A stretch of DNA of 64,000 nucleotides from an uncultured Pseudomonadales bacterium. GTDB lineage: Bacteria; Patescibacteriota; Microgenomatia; UBA1400; PJMF01. A program made the translations under genes and the position numbers. The stretch covers positions 648-64,647 of the forward strand of contig CAZCXA010000002.1 in NCBI GenBank assembly GCA_964502565.1, read 5' to 3'. Positions 39,980-48,912 of the stretch are shown here, piece by piece. Within the stretch, counting starts at the first letter, position 1. The number at the start of each line of letters is the position of its first letter. Below the pieces are notes generated by a model that was given only the letters and a program-made list of their open reading frames with translations, was not told the origin of the DNA and searched no databases.

Positions 39980-41122
39980 TTAATTTACCTTTGTCTTTAA
40001 CACCTTTTCCAAATCTATAACCTTCACCTCCTCAAGTTTGCTTATAATCTCGTTAATCAAATCTTCAGAAGCGGTAGTAATAATCACCTGCTCTTCCCCT
40101 ATTAACTGAAAAACTCTTGTCCGATTTTCTTTATCTAGCTCAGAAAGAATATCGTCTAACAGCAATACTGGGAGTTGCCCAGTTTTTTCTTCCAGGTAAC
40201 TCAGCTCTGCTTTCTTAAGCCAAATCACACCCATTCTTTTTTGGCCACGAGAGCCATAAGACTCGATTGGCATGTAATTTTTTGTAGAGGTTTTCTTTGT
40301 TGACACGCCCAGTAAAATCTCAAAATCATCTTTATGCGGACCAATCAAGGTAAAACCGGTGGCAATCTCAGCCTGGCGGTGATTCCAGATTCTTTTTTCA
40401 CTAATCAATGAGGGCTGGTACTCCAAGCGCATGGGTAAGGGAGGGTCAACATTAGAGTTGATAAAACTAATTAAATCACGTCTTTTTTTTTGCAAAAGTT
40501 CACCATGCTTGATCAAGGTTAAGTCCCAGTAAGTCAGAGACTCAACCGACTGCCGATTGTCTTTGATCAGCGAGAGAAGTTTGTTGCGACGGCGTAAGGC
40601 TTTGGTGTATTTATCAAGTGAGAAATCATAGTTTTTATCGATTAACTGCAAAATCTCATCTAGAAAATTGCGCCGGCGCGATGGTGAGCCTTCAACCAAG
40701 CGCATATCCTCAGGTCTAAACACGATCGTTAATAACTTTCCTGAAAAGTCACGTTTTCGTTTACGATTATCATTAACACTGAAAAGCTGTTTAAGAGTGC
40801 GACGTCCATTAACCTCTCCTCGAGTAATGAGAACTGACAGCTCTAGCTCATCTAAACCTGCCAGCTCTAGATTGTTGTTAATAGAGGAGATATCACTATA
40901 GACCTTACCTCTCACCCTACCCAACTCTCGCCCAAACTGGATCATCTCATCAGGTTTGTGTGCACGAAAACTAGTGCCGTTTGAGAGTAAGCGAATACCT
41001 TCAATAACAGAACTTTTTCCCTTGGCATTTGGCGCCTTAAACACGGTTACTTGTTGTTTGAACTCAAGAAGTAGGTTAGAAAATAAGCGAAAATGCTCAA
41101 GATAAATCTTGTGGAGGAACAT
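39980..41122 (-). CDS. recF: DNA replication and repair protein RecF
   Basis: N-terminal IYLEHFRLF...VFKAPNAKGKSSVIEGIRLL (Walker A). C-terminal LLLDDILSELD. Confidence 0.8.
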   Translation of the reverse strand: MFLHKIYLEHFRLFSNLLLEFKQQVTVFKAPNAKGKSSVIEGIRLLSNGTSFRAHKPDEMIQFGRELGRVRGKVYSDISSINNNLELAGLDELELSVLITRGEVNGRRTLKQLFSVNDNRKRKRDFSGKLLTIVFRPEDMRLVEGSPSRRRNFLDEILQLIDKNYDFSLDKYTKALRRRNKLLSLIKDNRQSVESLTYWDLTLIKHGELLQKKRRDLISFINSNVDPPLPMRLEYQPSLISEKRIWNHRQAEIATGFTLIGPHKDDFEILLGVSTKKTSTKNYMPIESYGSRGQKRMGVIWLKKAELSYLEEKTGQLPVLLLDDILSELDKENRTRVFQLIGEEQVIITTASEDLINEIISKLEEVKVIDLEKVLKTKVN

Positions 41123-41259
41123 ATGAAAAAAATAAAATAGTTAACAATTTAAAAAAACGTCAGCTCGCAACTTAACTTGCACTACCCATCATGCACTTTT
41201 CAAGTTTTTAATTTTAAGTTTTAACTTTTATTTTTCTTTATGATATTATAACTAATAAG

Positions 41260-41634
41260 ATGACAAGTTTTTTTCAAAAACACCTTCAGTTGCCTTTGGT
41301 CAATGGTGCTGACCAGCCAATGAAGCTAGGCGATCAGCTCTTATTAAGAAACAATCAAAAAGTATCAGAAGTTTATGACACTCCTGGTACGATCGTCAAC
41401 TTAGTGGTGAGTAATCTTTTTTTGTTAGCAGGTATTGTTATCCTCTTTCTTATCATCCTGGCGGGCTTGAGTTATATTAAAGATAGTGAAAAAGGTAAAG
41501 AGGAGGCAAAGAACTTGGTCACAGGTGCAGTCATTGGCTTTGTCGTGATGTTTTCTGCGTATTGGGTTATCCAAATTATCAAACTTATTACTGGGGCAGA
41601 TATACCCATCCAGATACCAAAGATACCTATCTAG
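41260..41634 (+). CDS. Pilin-like paralog 1 of 7 (two-TM hairpin with KGKEEAK loop); VirB2/TrbC-like T4SS pilin candidate
   Basis: TM - SEKGKEEAKNLVTGAVIGFVV - TM. The most divergent member and lacks an obvious signal peptide. Confidence 0.4.
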   Translation: MTSFFQKHLQLPLVNGADQPMKLGDQLLLRNNQKVSEVYDTPGTIVNLVVSNLFLLAGIVILFLIILAGLSYIKDSEKGKEEAKNLVTGAVIGFVVMFSAYWVIQIIKLITGADIPIQIPKIPI

Positions 41635-41691
41635 AAACCAAAGACACTCATTTAAATAAAGTTTAATACCAAAAATTAAAATACTGAGTTT

Positions 41692-42162
41692 ATGAAAAAA
41701 AAGTCTTCAAATTCCTTAAATAGTTGCTGGCATAAAACTTTGACTTTCTTCACCATTTTTGTGACAATCTCTTTAGCTATGCCTCAAACACTTTTAGCAG
41801 ATGATGAGACCACAAGCATCTTTGGTGAGATTGCTCCGCCTCCGGGAGTAAATAAATATCAAGCTGAGGTTGAAAAAGTGGGAGGACAAGTTGGCATCAT
41901 CCTTTTTCTTTCCAACATTATTAGGCTAATCACTGTTGCGGCTGGAATCTGGGTCATGTTTAATCTTATCTCAGCTGGTTGGCTTTATATCAACTCGTCA
42001 GGAGATTCTGGCGCAACTGAAAAGGTGTCTGCAAAAATTACCAACAGCATCATTGGTCTAGCTGTAGTAGCTCTGTCATATACTCTTGCGGGTGTGGTTG
42101 GTTACTTAATTTTTGGAGACGCCGGGTTTATTCTTAACCCAGCACTTTTTACTATTAATTAA
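41692..42162 (+). CDS. Pilin-like paralog 2 of 7 (signal peptide + two TM)
   Basis: Signal peptide ...ISLAMPQTLLADDETT. Core AGWLYINSSGDSGATEKVSAKITNSIIGLAVV. Confidence 0.5.
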   Translation: MKKKSSNSLNSCWHKTLTFFTIFVTISLAMPQTLLADDETTSIFGEIAPPPGVNKYQAEVEKVGGQVGIILFLSNIIRLITVAAGIWVMFNLISAGWLYINSSGDSGATEKVSAKITNSIIGLAVVALSYTLAGVVGYLIFGDAGFILNPALFTIN

Positions 42163-42224
42163 ACCCTAATTTTCAGAACTACGCACTTATTAAATCGTCG
42201 ATTTTAACCAACTCCAAAACCGAT

Positions 42225-42641
42225 ATGACCTCAATAAAAATCTTAACAAATTTAATACAACTTACAGGACAGTTTGGTAATGATGGGTTTCAGCCCCCCA
42301 CTGACGCTTACACCGAAGGCGCTGACACCAACCCAGGATTAATCAAGATACTAGCGACAGGTATCTCCAATGTAATTGGAATCTTAACTACTTTGGCTGG
42401 TCTGTTTTTTATTTTAAACTTTTTTTTAGGAGCGGTTGGTTGGATTACAGCAGGCGATGATACTGGCAAGGCTGAAAAGGCAAGAACTAGAATCATGAAT
42501 GCTGTTGTTGGTTTGGTCATTGTTGTGGCATCTTATGGTGTCATTGGCCTGATTGGCTCAATGATCGGTATCGACTTTATTAATATTGGAGAGATTTTAG
42601 AAAAAATACATCCAGGAAACTTAGTTGATGGATTAGGCTAA
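42225..42641 (+). CDS. Pilin-like paralog 3 of 7
   Basis: Core VGWITAGDDTGKAEKARTRIMNAVVGLVIV between two TM helices. Confidence 0.5.
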   Translation: MTSIKILTNLIQLTGQFGNDGFQPPTDAYTEGADTNPGLIKILATGISNVIGILTTLAGLFFILNFFLGAVGWITAGDDTGKAEKARTRIMNAVVGLVIVVASYGVIGLIGSMIGIDFINIGEILEKIHPGNLVDGLG

Positions 42642-42698
42642 GTTTAAAAAAATTTTTTAATAACAAATAAATTATCATCTTTAATTTACAAAAATAAT

Positions 42699-43109
42699 AT
42701 GCTTAACTCTTTTATGGATTTTTTTAATAAATTTTTTGCTTCAGCTGTTTTTGCTGATGAATCAACCAGCACCGATGGTCAGATTATTAATCCAGTTATT
42801 GGAGAGTGGGGTAAAAATCCAGAAAAGGCAACTAGTGGTGTGCTTTTTGCTGAATATGTTGTACGAATCTGGCGAATAGGCATTAGTGTTGGCGCCTTCG
42901 TCGTGGTCTTGTTTTTTATTATTGCCTCATATGAGTGGTTAACCAGTGGTGATGATACCAAAGGTGTTGAAAAGGCTAAATCTAGATTTACCAACGCCAC
43001 GATTGGCTTGGTTTTGCTCGTGGCTTCTTTTGTGATTGTTGGCTTTATTGGCGTATTATTATTTGGAGATGAGTTTGATATTCTTCACCTTACTTTTCCA
43101 ACTAATTAA
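42699..43109 (+). CDS. Pilin-like paralog 4 of 7 (signal peptide)
   Basis: Signal ...ASAVFADEST. Core YEWLTSGDDTKGVEKAKSRFTNATIGLVLL. Confidence 0.5.
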   Translation: MLNSFMDFFNKFFASAVFADESTSTDGQIINPVIGEWGKNPEKATSGVLFAEYVVRIWRIGISVGAFVVVLFFIIASYEWLTSGDDTKGVEKAKSRFTNATIGLVLLVASFVIVGFIGVLLFGDEFDILHLTFPTN

Positions 43110-43139
43110 CTCATCAAGCAACAAATTAACTCTTTTTTT

Positions 43140-43631
43140 ATGATCCAAAACTTACTCGCAGACGCAGCCGTTCAACCAGAAATTAATCTTAGGGAAGAAG
43201 GTTCAAAAGTTTTACCATTCGGAGAAAACATGAATAAACCAGGAGATAATAGCGGTGTTGTTTTTTCGATTATTAGTTCACTGCTAACCGTGGTAGCCAT
43301 TGTGGCTGGAGTGTTGCTACTTGTTAACTTGATTTACGCCGGTATTCAGTGGATAGCCGCTGGAGGAGATTCCGGCAAGCTTGAAAAGGCGCGCAATAGA
43401 ATCATGCACTCAATTGTTGGCTTTGTTATTTTTGTCTCGGCAATATCTATATTTATGCTGATCCAGAACTTGCTCAATATTGAGTTACTCAAGTTTTCAT
43501 ATAAAAAACACAAACCGAACATTACTTCCTACTCCTGCTGTACTGTGAACCAGGAGTGTGTTGGCTTTATTGGTAATGGGGAAGAGTTTGGTTGCACCAA
43601 TATAACCCGAGCCTGCGAGTCTTGTAAATAA
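43140..43631 (+). CDS. Pilin-like paralog 5 of 7 with a Cys-rich C-terminal extension
   Basis: Core IQWIAAGGDSGKLEKARNRIMHSIVGFVIF. C-terminal SYSCCTVNQECVGFIGNGEEFGCTNITRACESCK (7 Cys). Confidence 0.5.
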   Translation: MIQNLLADAAVQPEINLREEGSKVLPFGENMNKPGDNSGVVFSIISSLLTVVAIVAGVLLLVNLIYAGIQWIAAGGDSGKLEKARNRIMHSIVGFVIFVSAISIFMLIQNLLNIELLKFSYKKHKPNITSYSCCTVNQECVGFIGNGEEFGCTNITRACESCK

Positions 43632-43839
43632 ACATAATTAAAATATTTTTTTTACTATTTATATCAAGATTGCGATCAAGTTTAACCTCAATTTTTACAA
43701 AAGTTATAATGCATATTATGCTAAAAAATGTTTAATGTATTGTGCAAATTTTCAAATCTTTGACTTTTTCATTTAAAACCTGATAAAATATCAATTAGAC
43801 TAATAATTAATTAATATTTTAAAAAATTAAGGAGAAAAT

Positions 43840-44226
43840 ATGAACAGAATTTCTAAATCAATTATTGGAGTCGGGGTGTCGGTTGCCTCAACTTTTGCTT
43901 TAGCATCTCAAGTAATGGCCGACGAACTTGGTATAGAGGGCACGGTTGAGATTCCAGAAGGCTTCTTTTTTACAGATGCAGAAGGTCTTGTGTCAACAAT
44001 ACTGCGTGCCGTTATGCTAATTGCTGGTTTGCTGGTCTTTGCTTATCTTATCTGGGGTGGTATTGAGTGGATAACCTCAGGTGGTGACAAAGGCAAAACA
44101 GAAAATGCCAGAAATAAAATTACTGCTGCGGTTATCGGTTTGGTAATCTTGGCAGCTTCCTATGCAATCTTCCAGATTGTACTTTCTCTACTGGGAGTGC
44201 AGGGATATAAAGGAATCTTTGGATAA
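43840..44226 (+). CDS. Pilin-like paralog 6 of 7 (signal peptide)
   Basis: Signal ...ALASQVMADELG. Core IEWITSGGDKGKTENARNKITAAVIGLVIL. Followed by a rho-independent terminator. Confidence 0.5.
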   Translation: MNRISKSIIGVGVSVASTFALASQVMADELGIEGTVEIPEGFFFTDAEGLVSTILRAVMLIAGLLVFAYLIWGGIEWITSGGDKGKTENARNKITAAVIGLVILAASYAIFQIVLSLLGVQGYKGIFG

Positions 44227-44254
44227 TAACCACTTTAAAACCATTAAAGTATTA

Positions 44255-44281
44255 AAACCCTCGGCAACGAGGGTTTTTTTA
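44255..44281 (+). terminator. Rho-independent terminator after pilin-like gene 6
   Basis: AAACCCTCG-gcaa-CGAGGGTTT followed by TTTTTTT. Confidence 0.7.
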
Positions 44282-44395
44282 TTAATTAAAATCTTTTTAG
44301 CTGAGTCTTTACAATTCCTGTTATATAATAGATTTATTAAAAGATAGTCTTAAAGAACTACCTACTTAATTATTTATTATTTTCTGTAAATCATT

Positions 44396-44854
44396 ATGAA
44401 AAAATCAAGAGTCCTTAGTGCTTCAATGCCAATATTTTTTTTTCTTGTGATCACCAGCCTCTTTCTTCCTCAAAAAATTCAAGCTCAAGTTAGCCCTCAA
44501 GAATGGGAACCTGGTTTGTGTCAAATCGATGGCGTAGCCACTGTTCAAGGAGTTGGTTGCCTACTGGCTAACATCTTATCTGTAGCCTTAACCGCTATTG
44601 GCCTAGTTGGATTTGTGATGCTGGTTGTGGGCTCAATGAAATGGCTTTTATCTGGTGGCAATACGCAAAATGTGGAAAGTGCCAGAAAAACCATGACCTG
44701 GGCGTTTGTTGGTTTGGGCGTTGCTCTAGGCTCATTTTTAATGATTAACCTAATTGCTCAATTTACCGGCATCAATGTTATTACCGAGTTCTTTATTCCA
44801 TCTAGCGACACTGGGTTGCCAGGACAGACTCAGTGGCAAAACATTGGCCAATAG
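44396..44854 (+). CDS. Pilin-like paralog 7 of 7 (signal peptide)
   Basis: Signal ...LFLPQKIQAQVS. Core MKWLLSGGNTQNVESARKTMTWAFVGLGVA. Confidence 0.5.
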   Translation: MKKSRVLSASMPIFFFLVITSLFLPQKIQAQVSPQEWEPGLCQIDGVATVQGVGCLLANILSVALTAIGLVGFVMLVVGSMKWLLSGGNTQNVESARKTMTWAFVGLGVALGSFLMINLIAQFTGINVITEFFIPSSDTGLPGQTQWQNIGQ

Positions 44855-44924
44855 TTTGTTTACGTCAAGTCTATCTATTTACACCAAGTTTTCCAATTAT
44901 TTACCTTGAATATTTACCTTTTTA

Positions 44925-47174
44925 GTGCAAAAAACCTATAATCACCAACAACACGAAGCAAAGATTTATCAACTTTGGGAAAAAGCTGAGGCGTTTAATC
45001 CTGATAACAACCGACCATCTAGTAAATCCCCTTTTACCATCATCATGCCTCCGCCCAATGCTAACGACCCTTTGCATATTGGTCACGCTATGTTTGTCAC
45101 TATTGAGGACATTCTAGTTCGCTATCATCGCATGCTGGGTGACGACACGCTTTATCTGCCAGGCACCGACCACGCTGGTATTGAAACGCAGTTCGTGTTT
45201 GAAAAAAAACTTAAAAAAGAAGGCAAAACTCGGTTTAATTTTAATCGCAAGACTCTGTATAAAAAAATTTGGGACTATGTGCAAGAAAACTCGGATATAG
45301 CGGTAAAACAAATGAAACAGTTGGGAGCTAGCGCTGACTGGACTCGGTTTAGTTTTATGTTAGACAAGCCAATTGTGGAGATGGTGCTTCAAACTTTTAA
45401 GGATCTTCATAGTAAAAACTTGGTATATCGAGACTTAAGATTAGTCAACTTTAGCCCTTCAGCCGGAACTGCTTATAGTGAACTCGAGATAGTTCATGAG
45501 GAGAGGGTCGCGCCTTTGTATTACATTAAATACGGACCGTTTACTCTGGCTACTACTCGTCCAGAAACAAAGTTTGGTGACACAGCTGTGGCGGTTCATC
45601 CTCAAGACAAGCGCTACACACAATGGGTGGGTAAAGAGATCACTGTGCCAGGAGTGTTGGGAGAGTTCCGAGTAAAAGTAATTACAGATGAGACTGTTGA
45701 CCCCAAGTTTGGCACGGGCGCGGTAAAGGTTACTCCGTTTCATGACCATGATGATTTTGCTATCTGGCAACGACATCTAAAAGAGCTCCCCTACCCTAAA
45801 CAAGTGATTGATTTTGAAGGACGGATGATGGCGTCAGCTGGCAAATACCAAGGTATGAAGGTGGCTCAAGCTCGTGAGGCAGTTGTAAAAGATATGCAAA
45901 AGATGGGGTTAATTGAAAAAATTGACAATAACTATAAACACACGGTCGCATTATGTTACAAAACCGGTTGTGCGATCGAGCCTCTGCCATTAGCTCAATT
46001 TTTTATAAAAGTGGAGCCATTAACCAGGCCTGTCATTAAAGCCATTAAAGATAAAGAGCTTAAAATTTACGGCGCTGGCCATGACAAGATTCTTTTACAC
46101 TGGCTGACAAACTTAAAAGACTGGAACATCTCGCGTCAAATCGTGTGGGGTATTCAGATGCCGATTTGGTATCAAGTTAACGGTTATGAAGACAAGATTG
46201 TGGTTGGCTATCTGGATGACGACAAGAAGTATCACAGCGAAAAACTCAGTCAGGCATTAAAAAAACACGGTCTAAAAGCAGTTGTTGAAAATCTACAAAC
46301 CCTTCGCGCCGAGTTAGCAGTTCCCTATCAAGTGAGTAGAAACCAACCAAAAGATGGTGTCTGGGTTCAAGAAACCGACACCTTTGACACCTGGTTCTCT
46401 TCAAGCCAATGGCCAGTCAATACTCTTAAGAACGCTAAACCTGGTGATTTTGAACGCTTTTACCCTACTCAGGTAATGGAGACTGGTTATGACATTCTCC
46501 CCTTTTGGGTGATGAGAATGCTGATGATGGGGTGGTTTATGACAAACAAGTTCCCGTTTAAAACCATTTATCTTCACGGGCTGATTAGAGACTCTAAAGG
46601 GAGCAAGATGAGCAAAAGTAAGAACAATGTAGTTAACCCACAAGAAGTGACGGAAAAATACGGTACAGACGCGCTTAGAATGGCATTAGTCATCCGTTCT
46701 TCAGCCGGTTTAGACAAATCAATTGGCGATCCAGATTTTAAGGCTATGCGCAACCTAACCAACAAGTTGTGGAACGCGACCAGATATATTTTATTAAATC
46801 TTGATGAGTCAAGGTTGAATGATTATCAAGAAAAACCATTAGACTCTGAATTTTTAAAAACTCTTGAGGAAACCGTGGCCAAGATCACTCGCCAACTCAA
46901 CCAACTTCAAATCGGGTTGGCTGCAGAAACAGTTTATAATCAATTCTGGCACTGGTTTTGCGATCAAGCAATCGAGCAAGCTAAGCAAGATAAGATTTCG
47001 CAAGAAAACTTGATTAAGGGTTTGATAACATTTTTAAAGTTATTCCATCCGTTTATGCCTTTTGTCACAGAACAGATTTGGCAATTGTTAAAAAAGGAAG
47101 AGTTGTTAAAAAAGTTTATCAAGGAAGAGTTGTTAATTCAGACAAGATGGCAAGAGATCGATCAAAAGATTTAG
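44925..47174 (+). CDS. valS: Valine--tRNA ligase (short form)
   Basis: HIGH motif PPPNANDPLHIGHA. KMSKS motif. ...TGYDILPFWVMRMLMMG... matches the ValRS editing/catalytic core. No C-terminal coiled coil. Confidence 0.85.
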   Translation: MQKTYNHQQHEAKIYQLWEKAEAFNPDNNRPSSKSPFTIIMPPPNANDPLHIGHAMFVTIEDILVRYHRMLGDDTLYLPGTDHAGIETQFVFEKKLKKEGKTRFNFNRKTLYKKIWDYVQENSDIAVKQMKQLGASADWTRFSFMLDKPIVEMVLQTFKDLHSKNLVYRDLRLVNFSPSAGTAYSELEIVHEERVAPLYYIKYGPFTLATTRPETKFGDTAVAVHPQDKRYTQWVGKEITVPGVLGEFRVKVITDETVDPKFGTGAVKVTPFHDHDDFAIWQRHLKELPYPKQVIDFEGRMMASAGKYQGMKVAQAREAVVKDMQKMGLIEKIDNNYKHTVALCYKTGCAIEPLPLAQFFIKVEPLTRPVIKAIKDKELKIYGAGHDKILLHWLTNLKDWNISRQIVWGIQMPIWYQVNGYEDKIVVGYLDDDKKYHSEKLSQALKKHGLKAVVENLQTLRAELAVPYQVSRNQPKDGVWVQETDTFDTWFSSSQWPVNTLKNAKPGDFERFYPTQVMETGYDILPFWVMRMLMMGWFMTNKFPFKTIYLHGLIRDSKGSKMSKSKNNVVNPQEVTEKYGTDALRMALVIRSSAGLDKSIGDPDFKAMRNLTNKLWNATRYILLNLDESRLNDYQEKPLDSEFLKTLEETVAKITRQLNQLQIGLAAETVYNQFWHWFCDQAIEQAKQDKISQENLIKGLITFLKLFHPFMPFVTEQIWQLLKKEELLKKFIKEELLIQTRWQEIDQKI

Positions 47175-47202
47175 CCAAACACTACCGCATCTAACTTAAT
47201 AA

Positions 47203-47667
47203 ATGGAGATATTTTTTTTCAAACTTAAACTACTAGCTTCTCTTTTGTATTTTTTGGGAATTTTTTTTGTTTGTCAGATAAAAAGCCTTGTTGCAAAGTA
47301 TAAAATCCTCACCTCGTTATATATTTTTTTGTTTTTACAGTTGCTACTGGTAGTGTTTTGGCCAAAACCAGCCAAGCCGCCCCAGCCATTGCTTAACCAC
47401 GAGGATTATTTAACAGTCACAAACGCTGTTTTTAATCTTGAAAAGATTAACACCTACTCTGTGGAGTTTCAGGAAGAGGCGATTATGTTGGAGCTGGCGA
47501 GGTTTAATCAAGAGTCATCAGGAGAAACAGTGCCCCTCCCCCATCGAGATCAGTTTGTCAATCTCGCGCTGATCAAGTTAGCGCTCAACAATGAGGCAGA
47601 GTTTAGAGAGATGCTTATCAAAGCCAAACAGCTTGATCCGAACTGGACCGGCTGGAATAAAAATTAA
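47203..47667 (+). CDS. Hypothetical membrane-anchored protein
   Basis: Two N-terminal TM helices. No motif recognised. Confidence 0.3.
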   Translation: MEIFFFKLKLLASLLYFLGIFFVCQIKSLVAKYKILTSLYIFLFLQLLLVVFWPKPAKPPQPLLNHEDYLTVTNAVFNLEKINTYSVEFQEEAIMLELARFNQESSGETVPLPHRDQFVNLALIKLALNNEAEFREMLIKAKQLDPNWTGWNKN

Positions 47668-47742
47668 AATTTACGCTTTAAGAAAAAATACTGGAGCTCA
47701 AGGCATCTTTTTTACCTTGCTCTTTAAACTTTTCAAGATTTA

Positions 47743-48450
47743 TTAATTTTTTTTCTCTTCCTCGCCTTCTTTTTCGTTTTTATCCACCTCTTTTTCTTCA
47801 CCATCAGCTCCATCTTTTGCCTCAACCTCTTCACCCTCACCAATAATCTCGGTCTCGATTGGCTCCTCTGGCTCTTCAGGTTCTTCTTCCACCTCTTGAA
47901 CCAAAACAACAGCCTCTTCTAGACCATCATCCCCAAGAATAATCTCAACCTTGGAACGATCGTATACTAGATCTGCTAAAGTGATTGACTGACCAACCGC
48001 GGTTAGTTGTTCAACATCTATCACAAACTTCTCAGGTAAATCTGTGGGCAATGCCTCAACCTCAACCTCATCTTTAACTGTCACCAAAACCGCCTCTGGT
48101 AGTTCAAATTTTCCAGTTAACTCAACAGGGATCTCGGCTCTCACCTTTTCCGCTAAATCAACAACTTGAAAAGAAACATGTATCGGTTCATCTGTAACAG
48201 GATTGAGTTGAACCTCGTCAATCATTGCTGGTAGCTGTTGTGTTTTATCAACCTGTAAATAGCCAACTCCAGATTGACCAATCTCAGAATAAAGCTTTTT
48301 AAACTCTCCCAAGTCTAAAGAAATTGCCTTTGATGGCTTATGTGCCTCAAATACATTGCCCGGAAGTACGCCACTGGTTCTCAGTTGATGTAAGTTCTGA
48401 GAAATCTTTCGAGTGCTAACATTAATATTGTGTTTAGTTGCTGATGACAT
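47743..48450 (-). CDS. rplY: 50S ribosomal protein L25 (Ctc form) with an acidic C-terminal tail
   Basis: N-terminal ...RKISQNLHQLRTSGVLPGNVF... and L25/Ctc beta-barrel-like regions. C-terminal EEPEEPEEP tail. Confidence 0.7.
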   Translation of the reverse strand: MSSATKHNINVSTRKISQNLHQLRTSGVLPGNVFEAHKPSKAISLDLGEFKKLYSEIGQSGVGYLQVDKTQQLPAMIDEVQLNPVTDEPIHVSFQVVDLAEKVRAEIPVELTGKFELPEAVLVTVKDEVEVEALPTDLPEKFVIDVEQLTAVGQSITLADLVYDRSKVEIILGDDGLEEAVVLVQEVEEEPEEPEEPIETEIIGEGEEVEAKDGADGEEKEVDKNEKEGEEEKKN

Positions 48451-48647
48451 AGTCCTGATTTAATTCATGTGTGCTAATTAATTAAACTGGGAGAAAAAGT
48501 TGCATAAACTTAGTTTGAAAACTCAATCTCTCCTGACGAACAGCAATATTATAACAGAATTTTTTTTTGACGCTTAATCTGGTAATCTTCTCATCGACCA
48601 TATAATATAAAAATCTGTAATAGTAAAAAACAGTGTTAAGATATTCA

Positions 48648-48668
48648 CTGTGAAATATTATATTTCAC
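48648..48668. promoter_or_regulatory. Perfect 10-1-10 palindrome TGTGAAATATtATATTTCACA about 200 bp upstream of rplY
   Basis: Read directly. Candidate operator for a dimeric HTH regulator. Confidence 0.3.
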
Positions 48669-48912
48669 ATTTTTTTTCATAAAATTCTATACAAACTCAA
48701 TGCTGTAAAGGTTTGAGGTTTAATCTTTCACGTGATTTTTCAACGATCTATCCGCCATTTTATCATTTGCTAACTTAATTGCAGCTCTTTATATTGATTA
48801 TCTCTAAAAATTTAATCACGGATTACGTCAGCACTAATAACCAACGCAATAATAATCTCATCAATAATCTCATCTAATAGTCGGATACTTTATTTTTTTT
48901 CTTTTGGGGTTT

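Noticed and set aside
41260-44854. Possibility that the seven-gene array encodes type IV pilus (T4P) pilins matching the pilN/pilO genes
   Set aside because: None has a class III prepilin leader or G|FTLIE-like N-terminal motif. They have Sec-type signal peptides and two hydrophobic helices, which is the VirB2/TrbC architecture rather than T4P pilins.
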